Source of the DNA: Lama glama
Taxonomy: Eukaryota
Direction of reading: 5' to 3'
NCBI GenBank assembly: GCA_028534125.1
Contig: CM052832.1
Coordinates: forward strand, 12,834,001-12,898,000
DNA length: 64,000 bases
Under the pieces are notes generated by a model. It saw only the letters and a list, made by a program, of their open reading frames with translations. It was not told where the DNA came from and did no database searches. Made by a program: the position numbers and the translations under genes. Positions 12,489-25,479 of the stretch are shown piece after piece (position 1 is the stretch's first letter; each line of letters starts with the position of its first letter).

Positions 12489-12670
12489 TGACTGGGGCCA
12501 AAAAAAATCTATTAAAAATGACTAGAATTAGAAAGAGGGGAAGTAATTCTGGGAATAAATTTAATCCCATAGCCTGAAGACTTGGAAAACCTGTACCCCG
12601 AGAGCACTTCCAGGAGCCACACCCTAAGATTATGACTAGTAAGCAAAAAGGCAGCAGGTGAGGACTGTAC

Positions 12671-12799
12671 CTGTCTGTAGGTGTCCTGGTGATGTTCCTC
12701 ATTTCGAGAGTCATAATACTGTTCAATGAAGCCAAAATATTCCTCCCGCTTCCGCTGCAAGGTCAACTTCCTCCTCTCGGTGTTTGCTGGGAGATACCC
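12671..12799 (-). CDS. TBC1D22B: TBC1D22B coding exon 6 (GYLPANTERRKLTLQRKREEYFGFIEQYYDSRNEEHHQDTYRQ)
   Basis: Acceptor gtctacAG, donor CAG|GTACAG, 129 nt, phase 0-0. Confidence 0.96.
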
Positions 12800-14169
12800 C
12801 TGTAGACAGCACTGCTAGTCAGATGGGGACACGCATCGCTTGGATAAATCCTTAGTTTTTATTTTAGCCTGAGCAATGGCTTGGAAACCATCAAAGGAAT
12901 AAAAACAAAACTACCAAGAGGACAAGGGTAAATCCCTTTTTGGTTCTGGCCACCCAGTGTTGGCCCTCTCATTCAGTGAGATCCACGCGTGGGCAGATGA
13001 AGCCCCGCCAGCTCTCCCGGGGTTATTTACTCTCGCGGCCCTGCACTGCGATCGGAGCTGGTGCTGCTGGGGAGCCTCCAGAGCTGTGGAGCTGGCATAG
13101 TAGAGCAGTGAATATAGGTCAGCGGGAGAGAACTGGACCCAAGTCAAGACCTCCGAGGGCTACATGTGGGCAAGGCAGTCTCTCTGAGGGACACAGGGAG
13201 GTGGCCGCCTCTATGGCATGTCTCAGCAGTGTGCTGTGTGAGTCTGTGCCAGTTACACATTCTTCTCCACTGTCACATTAGGAATTACCAGCTTAGGAAG
13301 CTGAGTGGAATCCGTGACAATGCAGCTGCAACACCCACACACAGAACTTCTGGCAGCAGCCCCCCTCCCAGCCACAGCTCCAGGCCAACTTCCGTTCTTA
13401 CCCCAGGTCTAGATCTGCTCTCAATTCTTGCATCTCCTATTTCCCTTCTGTTCTCACCACATCTACTCTTAATAGCATTCAAACTTATTAGAAGTGGTGG
13501 GGCAATGATGACACAGTTGCAAGACTCGGGGTGAGAACAGCTCCGGCAGGCAGCTGAGAACACAGCCCACAGCAAGTGCCTGGGCAGCAGGGGCTGTGGG
13601 GTGTTCATTCTGTACATCCTCACAGCACCTGGCACTATGCCTGGCAAACAGCAGGCCCTCAATAAATCCTTATTAGATGAATGAATGAATTTTACAGGCT
13701 CCGGAAATCCAAGTGTTCCTATCACAGGGGCTGGCACAGTGCTCTGTGCTTAGTGAAAATGGGCCTGGTGCAGGCTTCTGAGGGAGGCCCATTTATCAGC
13801 TATTCACAGTTGGGAAGTAAGTTTCAACCACCTTGGTCAATCCTACTGAAAAGGAGGGAAGCACAGGGAATATGGGAGCTTGCCCAAACAAGTGCTGGCT
13901 CACCCTGCCTCACTGTATTCCTCCTCCTCAGGCTGAGAAGGTGAGATTATGACTGTAGGCACAAACGTGTGCTCTTCTCCATGTGTGGGAATAAAGTCTC
14001 AAGAATGTGTTTCTTTATGCCCAGAAACAGGACTACATTCCCACAGGTCTGTCATATCTAGTTGGCCTAGAGAAGTCTACGGAGCAGGACTAATGTGCCC
14101 AGACTAACCTCAGCAGGTAAGAAGGGCTGTGTGAGGCTCAGGCTCCCCTACACAGTGGGTGGAACTCAC

Positions 14170-14240
14170 CGACAGGAGTCTCCAGGTTACAGGCCGAACC
14201 TCCCTGGGAACCCCTGGCCAGCTACACTTCCTCAGTTCAT
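14170..14240 (-). CDS. TBC1D22B: TBC1D22B coding exon 5 (D/ELRKCSWPGVPREVRPVTWRLLS), start of the TBC domain
   Basis: Acceptor tgtttgcAG, donor GTGAGT, 71 nt; contains the TBC motif GVP...RxxxW. Confidence 0.95.
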
Positions 14241-14352
14241 CTGCAAACAGATAACAGCTTTGTTGGATTTAGCCCTTCCCACAAACGCCCTAAAACAGCC
14301 TCAGCCAGCACTGCCTGGTGCCTCCCACCGTTCCAGTAAGATGATTGCCTCT

Positions 14353-14376
14353 GCCGCCGCCACCACCACCACCACC
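14353..14376. repeat. (GCC)3(ACC)5 compound microsatellite in intron 4
   Basis: gccgccgccaccaccaccaccacc. Confidence 0.85.
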
Positions 14377-14784
14377 AGCTACTGACAAGCACAGGGGAAA
14401 GCCCAAGACGGCAGCCCTGAGCAGCGAAGTGCCAAGGACACGGCTCTGCAGCAGTGATCCAGTCAGCTCAGAGATCAGAGTCAGACCAGAGAGAGAAAGA
14501 CCAGCGGGTGTGGATTTCAGTAAGAATCACCTTGAGGTAGGGGAGACCAAAGCCAGAATAGCTGCACTATGGTCTACAGGCCACAGAATCCAGTCCACCT
14601 AATTTGGTCCCTAATTTCTAGCAACATATTTCTGACTTAATACCTGCACGTCACTTCAATGGGCACCAGATCAGGAGATGCTGGAAAAGTAAAAGAAGGA
14701 AGAACAAAGAGTAATAGCTTCCAGGTCTCTGAGAATTCCAGTCACCAAGAGGTCCTAGCTTGTTCAGGGCTCACAGGGACTCAC

Positions 14785-14964
14785 CTAAGTCAGTGTTGTG
14801 GCTGGAGAGAAGCTGACGGAATTTTTCTAGGCGGGTTTTCTCCCGGACAGTCATTGGGGGTGCCCCAGAAGCGTTCTGGTCCGAGATCCGGGCAACAAGG
14901 GGGATGATGGGTCGGAGAGGGAGTGACTGCTGTTTGTGGAGTGGGTTCCGTAGGCATGTATCAC
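14785..14964 (-). CDS. TBC1D22B: TBC1D22B coding exon 4 (DTCLRNPLHKQQSLPLRPIIPLVARISDQNASGAPPMTVREKTRLEKFRQLLSSHNTDL)
   Basis: Acceptor ...attatctcAG, donor GTGAGT, 180 nt; visible in ORF 14771..15010. Confidence 0.96.
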
Positions 14965-15679
14965 CTGAGATAATGTGAAAGAGAAAGAGAACAGGCTGTG
15001 TGAAGAGCACAGATCCTGGGAAACCTTAAACCTGACAGTTCAGCATTGGTCTCCTCCACTAGGTTTGTCCGCTGCCTGCAGGTGCCCAGTGCAGGGTGCA
15101 GGGGATGGAATCCCAGCTGTGCTTCACTCATCCACCCGGGGTAGGGCTGTGTGTTTATCATACATACTGAGGCACTTTATGTACAGAAAGACTCCAGCTG
15201 CTGTGCCAACTCTGACAATTTTTTTGGTGACTCCAGGGGGAAATCAATTATTTTCTTTCTACCCCTGGAACTTTTCTTGGTGCCTAACAGTGAGTTTGGG
15301 AGTGTTTGCCTTCCGTTTCCACATCACAGAGCATGTAGAAAATGATGCCATGATAAAAGGAGGCGGCTGCTCTCCTCAAGCCCCAGGCCCCAGCCAGCTG
15401 CCCCTAGGGCGGGTAAGATCGGTTTCACCGGCACAACTCTAACCTGCTCATGGACTACCAGCGTGCCCCGCACAAACACACATGGGGTGAGAGGTTCTGG
15501 TCTAAGGTAGTCCTGCTTTTAGTGGCTGCATTTCCTCTGTGCTGCCACATTTCCAACTAAAATGAACCAGCTTTTAATTCTGCCGGGATATGACTGAAAT
15601 AACAGGAACAAGACTCAAGCAGAACTCTGTCTGCTTCTAGACATTTCTAAACTAGATGGTAGTAGGAGAAATGAGCAGT

Positions 15680-15880
15680 ATAGGACTAACATTCATTGAA
15701 TGCTTAGTATGTATTAAGGCACTGTGCTGGTCATATTTACATATGACCTCTCATTTGACCCTTAAAACTTACTGTAGGAATTTATCACTATTTTGGGGTG
15801 AGGAAACTATGGCTTAGAGAGGTTAAGTAATTTGCAAGGGAGAGCTGAGACAGCACCTTAGGTCTGCCTGACTCCCAAAC
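15680..15880 (-). mobile_element. MIR SINE
   Basis: gaggaaactatggcttagagaggttaagtaatttgc...ggtctgcctgactcc. Confidence 0.72.
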
Positions 15881-17199
15881 CCTTACTTTACTACCTACCC
15901 CAAACAAAACTCAACTTTAAATTCTGACTGTCCTTGCAGGAGTGTTTCATACTCTACATATCTGGGCTTTAAAAAGTAGTGGTCACAACAAGAATTAATC
16001 AGTGGCTACTCAGTAACCATCACAACTAGAAGGTTTACAGAAACAACTGCTACAGGGCACTTGGCTTGGGTGCCTACTGTGACACAGGGTCCAGAAAAAG
16101 CAGACCACACACTGCAGGGCTGAGACCAATGTGCACCTCTGATGTCAGTGATTAACGGTCAGATGCTCACAGGAGAGAACTTCATAATGGGAATGCTCTG
16201 GGCGATCCAGCCTGCACAAGGGATCGTGGTGGGGCCTTCCTCACACTAGGATTCCCTGAAGACCCTCCATCACGGAGTGAAGACACTTTCCACATCCCGC
16301 GGCTGTGGCCAGCTGGTCAATTGACACCGAATGCAAGTCTGGGCGTAGCACTGAAGGTTTGAACTGAGGCTCGAATCAGTGATGGAAAGTGACTCTGATT
16401 TTAAAAGCCTCACAGCCTAATTTCATAATCACTCGCTTAGTCTGAAAGTGTAAAAGACGTTCTCTTAGAACGTGAGCCAGGACGCACTCAAAACCTCTGA
16501 CATTCTACTTCCCTTTCACCCCTCACCAGTCAGCTGTTTGAACTTTCACTAGAGTAAGGGCACTTCCCTCTCCAGCTCAGAATAACTGGCTTTCATAAAA
16601 CCCTTTAGGGCAACATTAAATACAGCAATGGATATTTAAAAGAGCACAATGAGAGTGCCCAAACATCTGATAAAACCACCATCATCTCAACCAGGTACTG
16701 AAGCCAGATTCCTAAAAAGAAACACAAGGGGTATCTCCTCCCGCCCCACCTGACACGAGGACTCCGTCCCTCAGGAACAGGAGAAAGACCACCTCATGCT
16801 AGTGGTTGTTCCCCACAGCTGAGGGGGCCAACCAACAGTGCCAAACACTTGTGAAATTCAGCCACTGACAAGTCTAAACACATTTAGTTGGTATTCTTCA
16901 ACCTGACCCGGCCTGGAGCACTGTGAAGCAATCAAACCACAAACGTTTGGACCCCACCACAGAGAAAGGAAGAGAATGGCAGGGAACACGTGGTTCCTGG
17001 GGCCAAGCAACCAACCAGGCGGGAGGAACAAGTTTAGCTCATGACCAGTGAGGCTCACTGACGTCATACCTCAGGCTTGAAACTACTCATTTATCATCCA
17101 TTGGAAGAGCTGAGGAATGTCCTAAAAAAAAATTGTTTTTCTTTAAAATGCACTCTGCTGAAAAGGCTGAGCCTCTGGAGGGGAGCGGGATGGACTTAC

Positions 17200-17507
17200 T
17201 GGAATTTCTGGACAGCTGGGCATCGCTGCTGGACTTTATGACTTTGTAGCTGGCCGGAACATCAGATGTCGTTGACTGGGACCGTTCTGGTTTCACCCTC
17301 AGCTTGCTGTGGTTTTCCAGCACTTGGGCAGCGGTTGCCAAGGCAACTTTTGAGTTCAGCGTTTGGAAAGAAGAGGAGGAAAAGTCCTCCTCCTCATCAT
17401 CACCAATGTCCCAAGCATCACTGGTGTTCCGGGCAAACTCATGAAAACTGGAGGCCTTCTTACTCTTCAGAGGAACCGTGTTGACTTTTGATCGTTCTTT
17501 AATGAAG
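17200..17507 (-). CDS. TBC1D22B: TBC1D22B coding exon 3 (FIKERSKVNTVPLK...ATAAQVLENHSKLRVKPERSQSTTSDV...SRNS)
   Basis: Acceptor tcctttcttgaAG, donor GTAAGT, 308 nt; the 3' part is visible in ORF 17087..17341. Confidence 0.96.
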
Positions 17508-17669
17508 CTTCAAGAAAGGAGACACCATTACCAAGGAATGGTCTGACACAGCTGACTGCCTTCACTTGCTTAATATTAACAGTATTACAAATGTCATGCA
17601 AATCATTACCTTCTTCAAACTAAAAATATCCATATCCATTCCTCATCCAGATACATCTAGACCAGCCCT

Positions 17670-18052
17670 ATGCTGCAGAGACAGATGAAGCAAAGAAAGC
17701 TATGCTCTCCAGATATTCCATGTGCAACTCTGTACTCCCCAGCCCCTTTGTACTTAGGCGAGACCGTATGACTAGCTCTGGTCAATGGGGTGGGAAGAGA
17801 AGTGAGGTAATCACTTCCAAGCCAAAGTAATAAAAGAACAGGCATGAGTTCTCCATAAGCTGTCTTCTGTCGTGGTAACTGGTGGTGCCTCCCTTGGTCT
17901 GGATAAGAGAGTGACTGCGTGGAGCAGAGCCTGCCCTCCACCCCAACCCTATTCTACTTTGGACAGGTAGCACGAGCAAGAAATAAACCTTTGCTGTGTC
18001 AATCCACTGAGATTTCAGGGTTAATCTGTTACGGCGACATAACCTAACCTAT
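17670..18052 (+). mobile_element. ERVL-class solo LTR (LTR16-like)
   Basis: aagaaataaacctttgctgtgt...ccactgagatttcagggt...cataacctaacctat terminus. Confidence 0.65.
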
Positions 18053-18074
18053 TTTTTGGAGTAGGACAGCAGCT

Positions 18075-18521
18075 ACTGGTAGAACAAGAGATAATTTTAG
18101 GTAGCCCATGTATATTGTTAAACACCAAGTTCCAAAATGAAGAAATTGTTCCCTTTTTATTCTGTTAAATCTTTCTGCTGGAGAGATCTGAGTTTGGTGC
18201 TACTCTGTCTTTAGGACTAATATTTTTTAACAAAGTGAGGGCAGCCTGAGGACTGACATTTTGTAATGTCAGTGTCAACAGGATCTGGCTTAGAATTTAA
18301 TAAGACTTTTGTTTTTCATTGTAATTATTTTTAAGGTTAATTTCTATCTTTGGCAAATAATACTAGTTTTCCACTTACAGAAGTAATAAGGTTTATTTTA
18401 AAAAATAAATCTAATTGAATATACAAAATGAGTTTCTTTTCAAATGGATTTAGTAAATAATAGTAGAGAATATAGCAAAAAATCGTGAAGATGTTACATG
18501 ACTGAAGTTTGGGAAACACTA
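18075..18521. mobile_element. Old hAT-Charlie DNA transposon fragment
   Basis: Terminal gactgaagtttgggaaacact motif and AT-rich body. Confidence 0.5.
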
Positions 18522-19149
18522 AACTAACTTGTTAAGGAAAGAGAGCCTAGTCCTAAGAGTCATGTAGACCATTCCTATTTCCTGAACTTTTCCTCTTTAT
18601 ATCTCCCTCTAAAGGTCTGGGGCCCTTATTCTGGTTCCAGTGTTTGGGACATTTCTAATTCAGTCTTACCTAGTATCCCTCACCCCAGGTAGGGAAGCAG
18701 AGGATACAGCCTTGTGTAAGTTTATACCTGAGGACTGGAATGCAATGGGGTAAAAACATCATTAAAATGCCTCACTGTTTCCCTCAGCAAGACAGGGAAA
18801 CTCTAGAGTAAAAACAAGGCTCTGCTAGAAGAGCTGACGCTCCCCCATTCCCAACAGACATTTCTTCCCTTTGGGTAGGGGTGGGTGGGCTAATACCCAT
18901 CCCATCTCCCTAGATGAGTCCAATACTTACTTTGAAAGATAACAGTTACTAACATTGATAAATACAGACTGGTAGCTCACATAACTCATTGGAACATCCC
19001 TATTATTAACATCAAAAGAGAAGTAAGATATCACTGAGACATTATTTTCAAACGCTAGTTTCACACATCACACAAAATGCAAAATGCAAGAGATAACATA
19101 AATTACCAGATAAAACAGTTCAAATGTGATGTGTTTCCAACAAGAAACA

Positions 19150-19745
19150 TGGTGCCATTTTCTACTCACTAAATTAGCAAAGATTTAAAGGAGCATTCTC
19201 TTCAGGGCTGACCAAGGTACAGAGAGACCACCTCTAATACTACGGGGGGTGTATGTTATAGAACCTTCTGGAAAACAATCTGGCAACATACACACCACAA
19301 GCCTTAAAACGGTTCATCATCTGTGACCATAAGAAAATAATCAGAGTCAAACAAAGAAGATCTAAAACAGTTTATAATGGTGTTATTTATTTTGCTTAAA
19401 AGCTACAAACATCATAAATATCTAGAAATTGCAAATGATGAGAAATATATTATGCTTTGGCCACCAGATGGAATGTTATGCAGCCATCCAAAATCACATC
19501 TTGAAGGCTATTTAATAACACTAGAAAATGACCTCAATAAAGTGAAAATTAAACCAAAATTATACATATTTTATGATCTCTATATTTTTTAAAAAGTATA
19601 TGCATAGAAAAGACCAGGAAGAAAAACACATCAAAATGTTAACACTGCTTATCTGTGGGCTGTGGAATTACAGGTAATATTTAATTTTTACACTTCTCTG
19701 AATTATCCATACTTTCTATAATGAGCATATTATTTTTATTAATCA
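19150..19745 (+). mobile_element. Old L1 (L1ME-like) 3' fragment
   Basis: Degenerate L1 3' motifs (ctggaaaacaatctggca, ggaatgttatgcagcca, aaaatgttaaca). Confidence 0.6.
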
Positions 19746-21029
19746 GTAGAAAAGGTTGTTTTGTTGGCTTTTGTCAATCCCCAAAGTATAAGCACTCATA
19801 AACCTACCGAACAAACATTTAGAAATGAACTAGTTCCCAAATGAGAGAAAATAAAACTGAGGCAATGAAGTGCAAATATCTCCATGTCAAAAATCCATTC
19901 CCTGAGCCAGACACAAACTGCTCCTCTGCAGACCTGCTGAGGCTGTATGTTCTGGACTCATTACTATGACTGCTTTTCCTCCATAATAGGGGATCCAGGA
20001 TCCACCACTTCAGCACAGTGTAAACGCGCACAGCAGCACAAATCTCAGAGGGCCCAATGTCAAGAACAAATAGGCAGACGTGTAAGATCTGCCATCAACA
20101 AAATGCCGCAAAGGAGTACGTGGTTATTACTGGTGTTTTCCTCCTTGGTGGCTACGTGAACCCCAGGACTGCACGTCATGACTTCATTTCAGTGATGTGG
20201 AGTACTTTGGATCCCAAAGTTAATTATTCCTTTTTTCTGGTTGATGTTTCCTAAATACCCTCTTGATATGTTAAGAATTCTTTAAATAAACCATGAATCA
20301 AGAAGCTGCATTGTAAGTCAGGTCAAAGAACAGACTGGATGCTGATAATCCAACACTGGGTGAAGCCCACGCACACCCTGGAGTAAATTAAAACATTACA
20401 CCAGGAAACGGGCCAGGCCGAGTGCTGGGGTCTAACGGACACCAAGCAGTGGGGACAGGAGTGTCTGTTATATTCTTCTTTACAACTTTTTATGCATTTA
20501 AAGTATTTCATTATATTTTTTGAAGCAGATGAAGGTTCAAAATAAGTGAACTAGATTAAGAACTGGAATTTTACTCAAATGAAGACTTTTGCAAATAGAT
20601 ATTGGAAGGACATATTCCAACTCAGTGAAGAGGAAAGAAGGGAGGGAAGGCTGTCATTTCCTGTGATGGGAAGATACAAGAGATTTCAAGCCGAACATTA
20701 TGAGGCTGCTAGAAATTACTTTAGGGATAACTACCTTACAAAACCCCAAATTCACCTAACTAGTTTAAAAAGTCAGCTTGGTCCTGAGCAAAGAGGCCTT
20801 CATGGAGGAAGGGGTTTGTATTGCCTAGAGGGGTGAGAGTCTGGGGACAGAAGAGGGTTGTGAGAACAGCTCACAAGAGTGACAGAGGGGAGTGAAAGTG
20901 AAAAGGTACCTGGGTTACCACTACTACAGACCAGCAACACTGATGGGAAGATTTAAAGCTTTGAAGCTTTTCCATGTTTGTTAATGTTGTTCGCTCCAGA
21001 GGAGATCACAGAAATGCATACATACAAGA

Positions 21030-21270
21030 GTTAACATTTATTGGCTATTCACTAGGTGCTAAGCTCTGTACTAGTATTTATATATACCCATTTTCTTTTT
21101 TGTTTATACCCATTTTCTTATTAACACTCATTCATAAGCGTATGAGGTACTATTATTATTATTCCCATTTACAGATGAGAAAACAGGCTTACTGAGGTCA
21201 GGAGCAGGCTGCGAAGCCTGAGCCCAAATCCAGGTCTATGGGACCACAGAGCCCACAGGCATTCTCCAAC
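21030..21270 (-). mobile_element. MIR SINE
   Basis: cccatttacagatgagaaaacaggct core. Confidence 0.7.
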
Positions 21271-21789
21271 TACCTTACTTGGAAAAAATGGTTAAAAAGA
21301 AGAAGGTTGAGGACTAGTAAGATCTGCACCCTGGGAAGGAGTTGCCAAGCAAACTGCACAGAACACCACAGCTGTAAGTTCCCACAGTGTGCATGGCTCG
21401 TAGCCCTAACTCTCTTGCCTTGTAGAAAGAATCTCCTCACAACACAAGATGGGCGGCATGTGCTGGCAGCCAGAATGGGAAGAAGCCACATCTAGGGATG
21501 TGGTCCCTGGAGGAGAAATGTCCCTCTTCCCCTCTGACCCCAAAAGTCACAGTGAAAAATCAATCCAGGTAATTCTAGCTGGAGGTGCCTCTGGCTTACA
21601 GGTTGCCTCATTTTAACACAATCCCAACTAATCTATAACTAACCCAAGGTACAATAATGCCACAGTGTGGCTTGAAGTTTAACCAAAATTACTTAAACAG
21701 AACTATGTCAAAGTTATAACCAAACTGGTCTCTGAGAGACAACTTCACCATACTACCCTCCAACTATATGCCAAATTATAGGTTAAAAA

Positions 21790-21925
21790 GCACTTTCACA
21801 GATACCTCACTTAGTCCTCACAACAACTCTGGGAAGTGAGTCTTATTATTTCCATTTTACAGATACGGAAACTAAGGATCAGAGAGGTTAAGTAATTTTC
21901 CCAAGATCATGGAGCTAGTAAGTGA
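21790..21925 (-). mobile_element. MIR SINE
   Basis: cattttacagatacggaaactaaggatcagagaggttaagtaattttcccaagatca. Confidence 0.75.
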
Positions 21926-24644
21926 TGAAGAAAAAGGAATTCAAGAAGTGCAGGTGACGCTAAAAACTCACAAAAACACAATAAATGGCACATTTGAGAA
22001 AAAGTTAGTTGTTTGATGAATGATAACTTGTTAAATGGTAACACAGACACGTAAGGATATTTTGCAAAAGAGTGGCTGCAGGTTATACGGGTTAGGAAAC
22101 AAAAGAGCGATCATTCTGTAATTTGATTAACACTACTTTGTTTTACTGATATGGCTGTTCACTTAACAGAAATACAATACAAATTTGTTTAGAAAATATA
22201 ATACTTGACACTGGTAAGGGATGTGAAGCAAGTGGGGAATTTGGTAAATCCAGTCATATCAGTAACTAGTGTGGGTTCCTGTGAATGAGATTTATAATTC
22301 AGAAGCAGGATATCAATTCAGAAAACAATAAACTTAAAAGCTTGTCATACCATCAAGTGGCCAATGGGGCTGCTCTGCAGTGAGACGAGTTTTATCTGAG
22401 CTATAAAAATTATTGCAGGCAACATTATCACTAATGGTAATAATCTGGCAAATTGAAGTCAATATACACAGACAGGGAATGACTTGCTGTGCTTGTGCAG
22501 TTTAGATGATTGAAGACCCAAAGCACAAGCTTCTGCAAGTTGGGGATTAACCACACAGTAATTAATGGCAGCCTGAAGTGGAACGATAATCATGTGGCGG
22601 AGAAAGTAATAAAAATGTCCCAACAAAGGTACTAAAATAAGGGCGATAAATGTTTTATAGTAACAATCTGGAATTGTAAAATGGTCCAGTGCAGATCTAG
22701 ACGCTGTCCCATATTGTAGTGTTAACACTAAACCACCACGTGCGTGAAAAGGGGATGCAATTTATTCAGTGACAATTACATTCCTCCTTAACTGCAGAGC
22801 TAAGTAACTACTTCTATTCAAAGTATGAATGCAACTCTGCTGAATGATCAGTGGAAACACTCATGGTTTTATATCATTAATAGGTGGGAAAAACAAGAGC
22901 ATTTAAACTTTGCCTTGGCAGTTTAAGATATGGTGATAGTTCTCAAGACCAGCCCTAAATACAGAATCAGGGAAAACTCTGTTGATGACAGGTGCAGATT
23001 ATGACCCAAACATAAAATAGGATAGCATACCCCACTACCTTCTATACATGTGGGTAGCAGATTTTATGCTAGCCGTGTGTTTATCAAAGGCCATTATAAA
23101 TTATGCTGGAAAGGATCTATTACCGATCAACAAATCCTGGCGGTAAACAAAACCGGTTACAAGGAATAGAATATTCAAATGATGCTTAAATTGTAAAGAC
23201 CATGATGTCAGGGCACTGAGCTGCTGTCTCTGCAATTCTCTTGTCTTTCCCTCAGGTTACAAGTTAGCTGGTACAGTTTTTAGCATCTCATTTTCACACT
23301 ACCACATTCAACAGCAGGAAATGTGAGTGGAGGCAAAAAGTGGCCTTCTTCACAAAATGATCTCTCTCTGATCAAAAAAGAAAATCCTTCCAAAAACCCT
23401 CCCTAAGGAGACTTCCTTTTACATCTCGTTGGCCAGAACCAATGAGATGAGCCCACCAAAGACCAGCCACTGGGATTACCAAGGAATTATAATAAAAGGC
23501 TTAAACTAATCCACATACCCTGTCACTGCTCAAGAGCTGAATAAAACTACGGTTCTTGAGCAAGGAAGAAGTAGGGGCAGGGAAGATTGTCGGGTAGGTA
23601 ATTAACAGTGCCTGCTACACTGGCCAACAGACCAGAGAGTCCACTATTGGTAAAACTAGGAAATAGAATTCATTATACTTAATGGAAATATCACACAAAT
23701 AGCACAGAAAACATGTTTCCCTTAAGATCTAATACAAGGTACAAACGAAGAAACATGAAAGAAATATCCATTGTCTAAGTAAACGCAATGATTTCTTCCT
23801 TCATTCCATACATAGGTATCTACTCAGTGCCTACCACGTACCCACGCTGGTCTAGGTACTAAGGGTCTAGTGGTGAACAAAACAAAGTTCCTGCCCTCAA
23901 AGAGTTTACATTCCAGTGGTTTCTGATATAAAAACTACATCTCATAGAAAAGAACAGCAGTCATACTTCTAGAGTAGTTCAGAAGATTGTACCTTCTGCA
24001 TATTAGCCAAATTGCAAAAAGAATGAGTTGGTAGAGTTACAGAAAGTTCACCACACATTTAGTTATTAAAAGAATATTAAACTTTTGATAATGCATGTTT
24101 GATAAGGCATTTTTCTAGATATTCAGAATACTTTAATGTACATTATCTTTCCTTCCTCACTGACTGTGAAGGAAGAAAGGGTGGATATTATTATGCTGGC
24201 CTCAGAAGGATGACAACCCAGGTCTCCTGCACCTCTCAAATCATTTGGTTTTCACTACAAGCGACAGCTTTCCTAGAAATAAGTCTCTAAGAGTAAACCT
24301 GCCCAAAGATAGAGGCCATGTGAGAAGATGACCCATCTCCTCGTTTAAATTTACTGTGGCTGAGCGATGGTTCACGAGAGAAAGGTGTGATAAAGCAATA
24401 ATTGGAGGGTTAGAATATACACTCACACATCTTGGATTTAACTAGGATCTCTGTTGTGTTTGAAAATAATTTATTAGAATTTTACTAGAAGAAATAGCCT
24501 CCAGGGAGATTTCAACTCTACTGTCTGGCTGGGTTTCCTTGGGCGTGTTAGAGAAAGAGGACATGAAGAATGCCAGCCCCACAGTTCTGTCCTATTTGCC
24601 CTACTTCTCAGAATATGTGTAAGTGAGGAAAATGGCAGATATAT

Positions 24645-24677
24645 ACATACACGCACACACACACAAACACACACACA
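24645..24677. repeat. Imperfect (CA)n microsatellite
   Basis: acatacacgcacacacacacaaacacacacaca. Confidence 0.85.
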
Positions 24678-25011
24678 GAAGCAGTAAGCCCCAGAAACCA
24701 GATCTCCTGTTAGAAGGTCATCAACCATCCAATTTTGGGAAAATATTTAATCAATAAAGACCTTTCCACCACAACAGAGAATCTCATACAAAACCCTACA
24801 TTTACCAACTTCCAATGTGAGGGAAAAAAAAATCTCTGATGTGATTTAACTTTCCAGTTAGAAACGAGGTAAGACTGCTCATCTTCTGATCAAAACAGAG
24901 CAGAGGAGAAGCTAGAAAAGGTCAAAGTGGAAATGATCATTTCAACAAAGTAGGGGAGGATTCAGGGATTTTAGAAGAAGTATATGCATGAAAGGAAATA
25001 TCCTGACTTAC

Positions 25012-25068
25012 TTTTTGGTGAGCCGAGGGTCCAGAGGAGGGTGCTGTGCTCCATACACAGGCTGGATG
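25012..25068 (-). CDS. TBC1D22B: TBC1D22B coding exon 2 (S/IQPVYGAQHPPLDPRLTK/N)
   Basis: Acceptor cttcctttttttcttgcttttAG, donor GTAAGT, 57 nt, phase 2-2. Confidence 0.96.
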
Positions 25069-25479
25069 CTAAAAGCAAGAAAAAAAGGAAGAAGTAAGTT
25101 GTCAGGAAAGTAAATATGTTGGGTAAATACCACCTGCATCACAAAACTGGAAGGAACTTTGAGAAACAGGTTACCTCCAAGAACAACTATATCCAAGCCA
25201 AAGGATAGCAGCCTACTCTTTTTAAAAAAGTTCTTGAGAATGGTGAGGTTTCAGTGCCCTACATACATGCCTGACTGTCGGGAGGTCCTATCCCTAAAGA
25301 AGGCAGCATGGACAGGCTTCAGGGCTGGAGAGGGCAGCGTTCAAATGCCAGTTCTGGCACCCACTACCTCTACAAACTTGCACCAAATTACTTGATCACT
25401 TTGAATCTGCTTTCTCATCTGTAAAAATGGGACTATCATCTACCCCAAAGGATCACCAAAGTGAAGCAATACCACAAAT

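Noticed and set aside
14975-15442. 155-aa plus-strand ORF
   Set aside because: GTG start, antisense intronic location and no recognisable domain.
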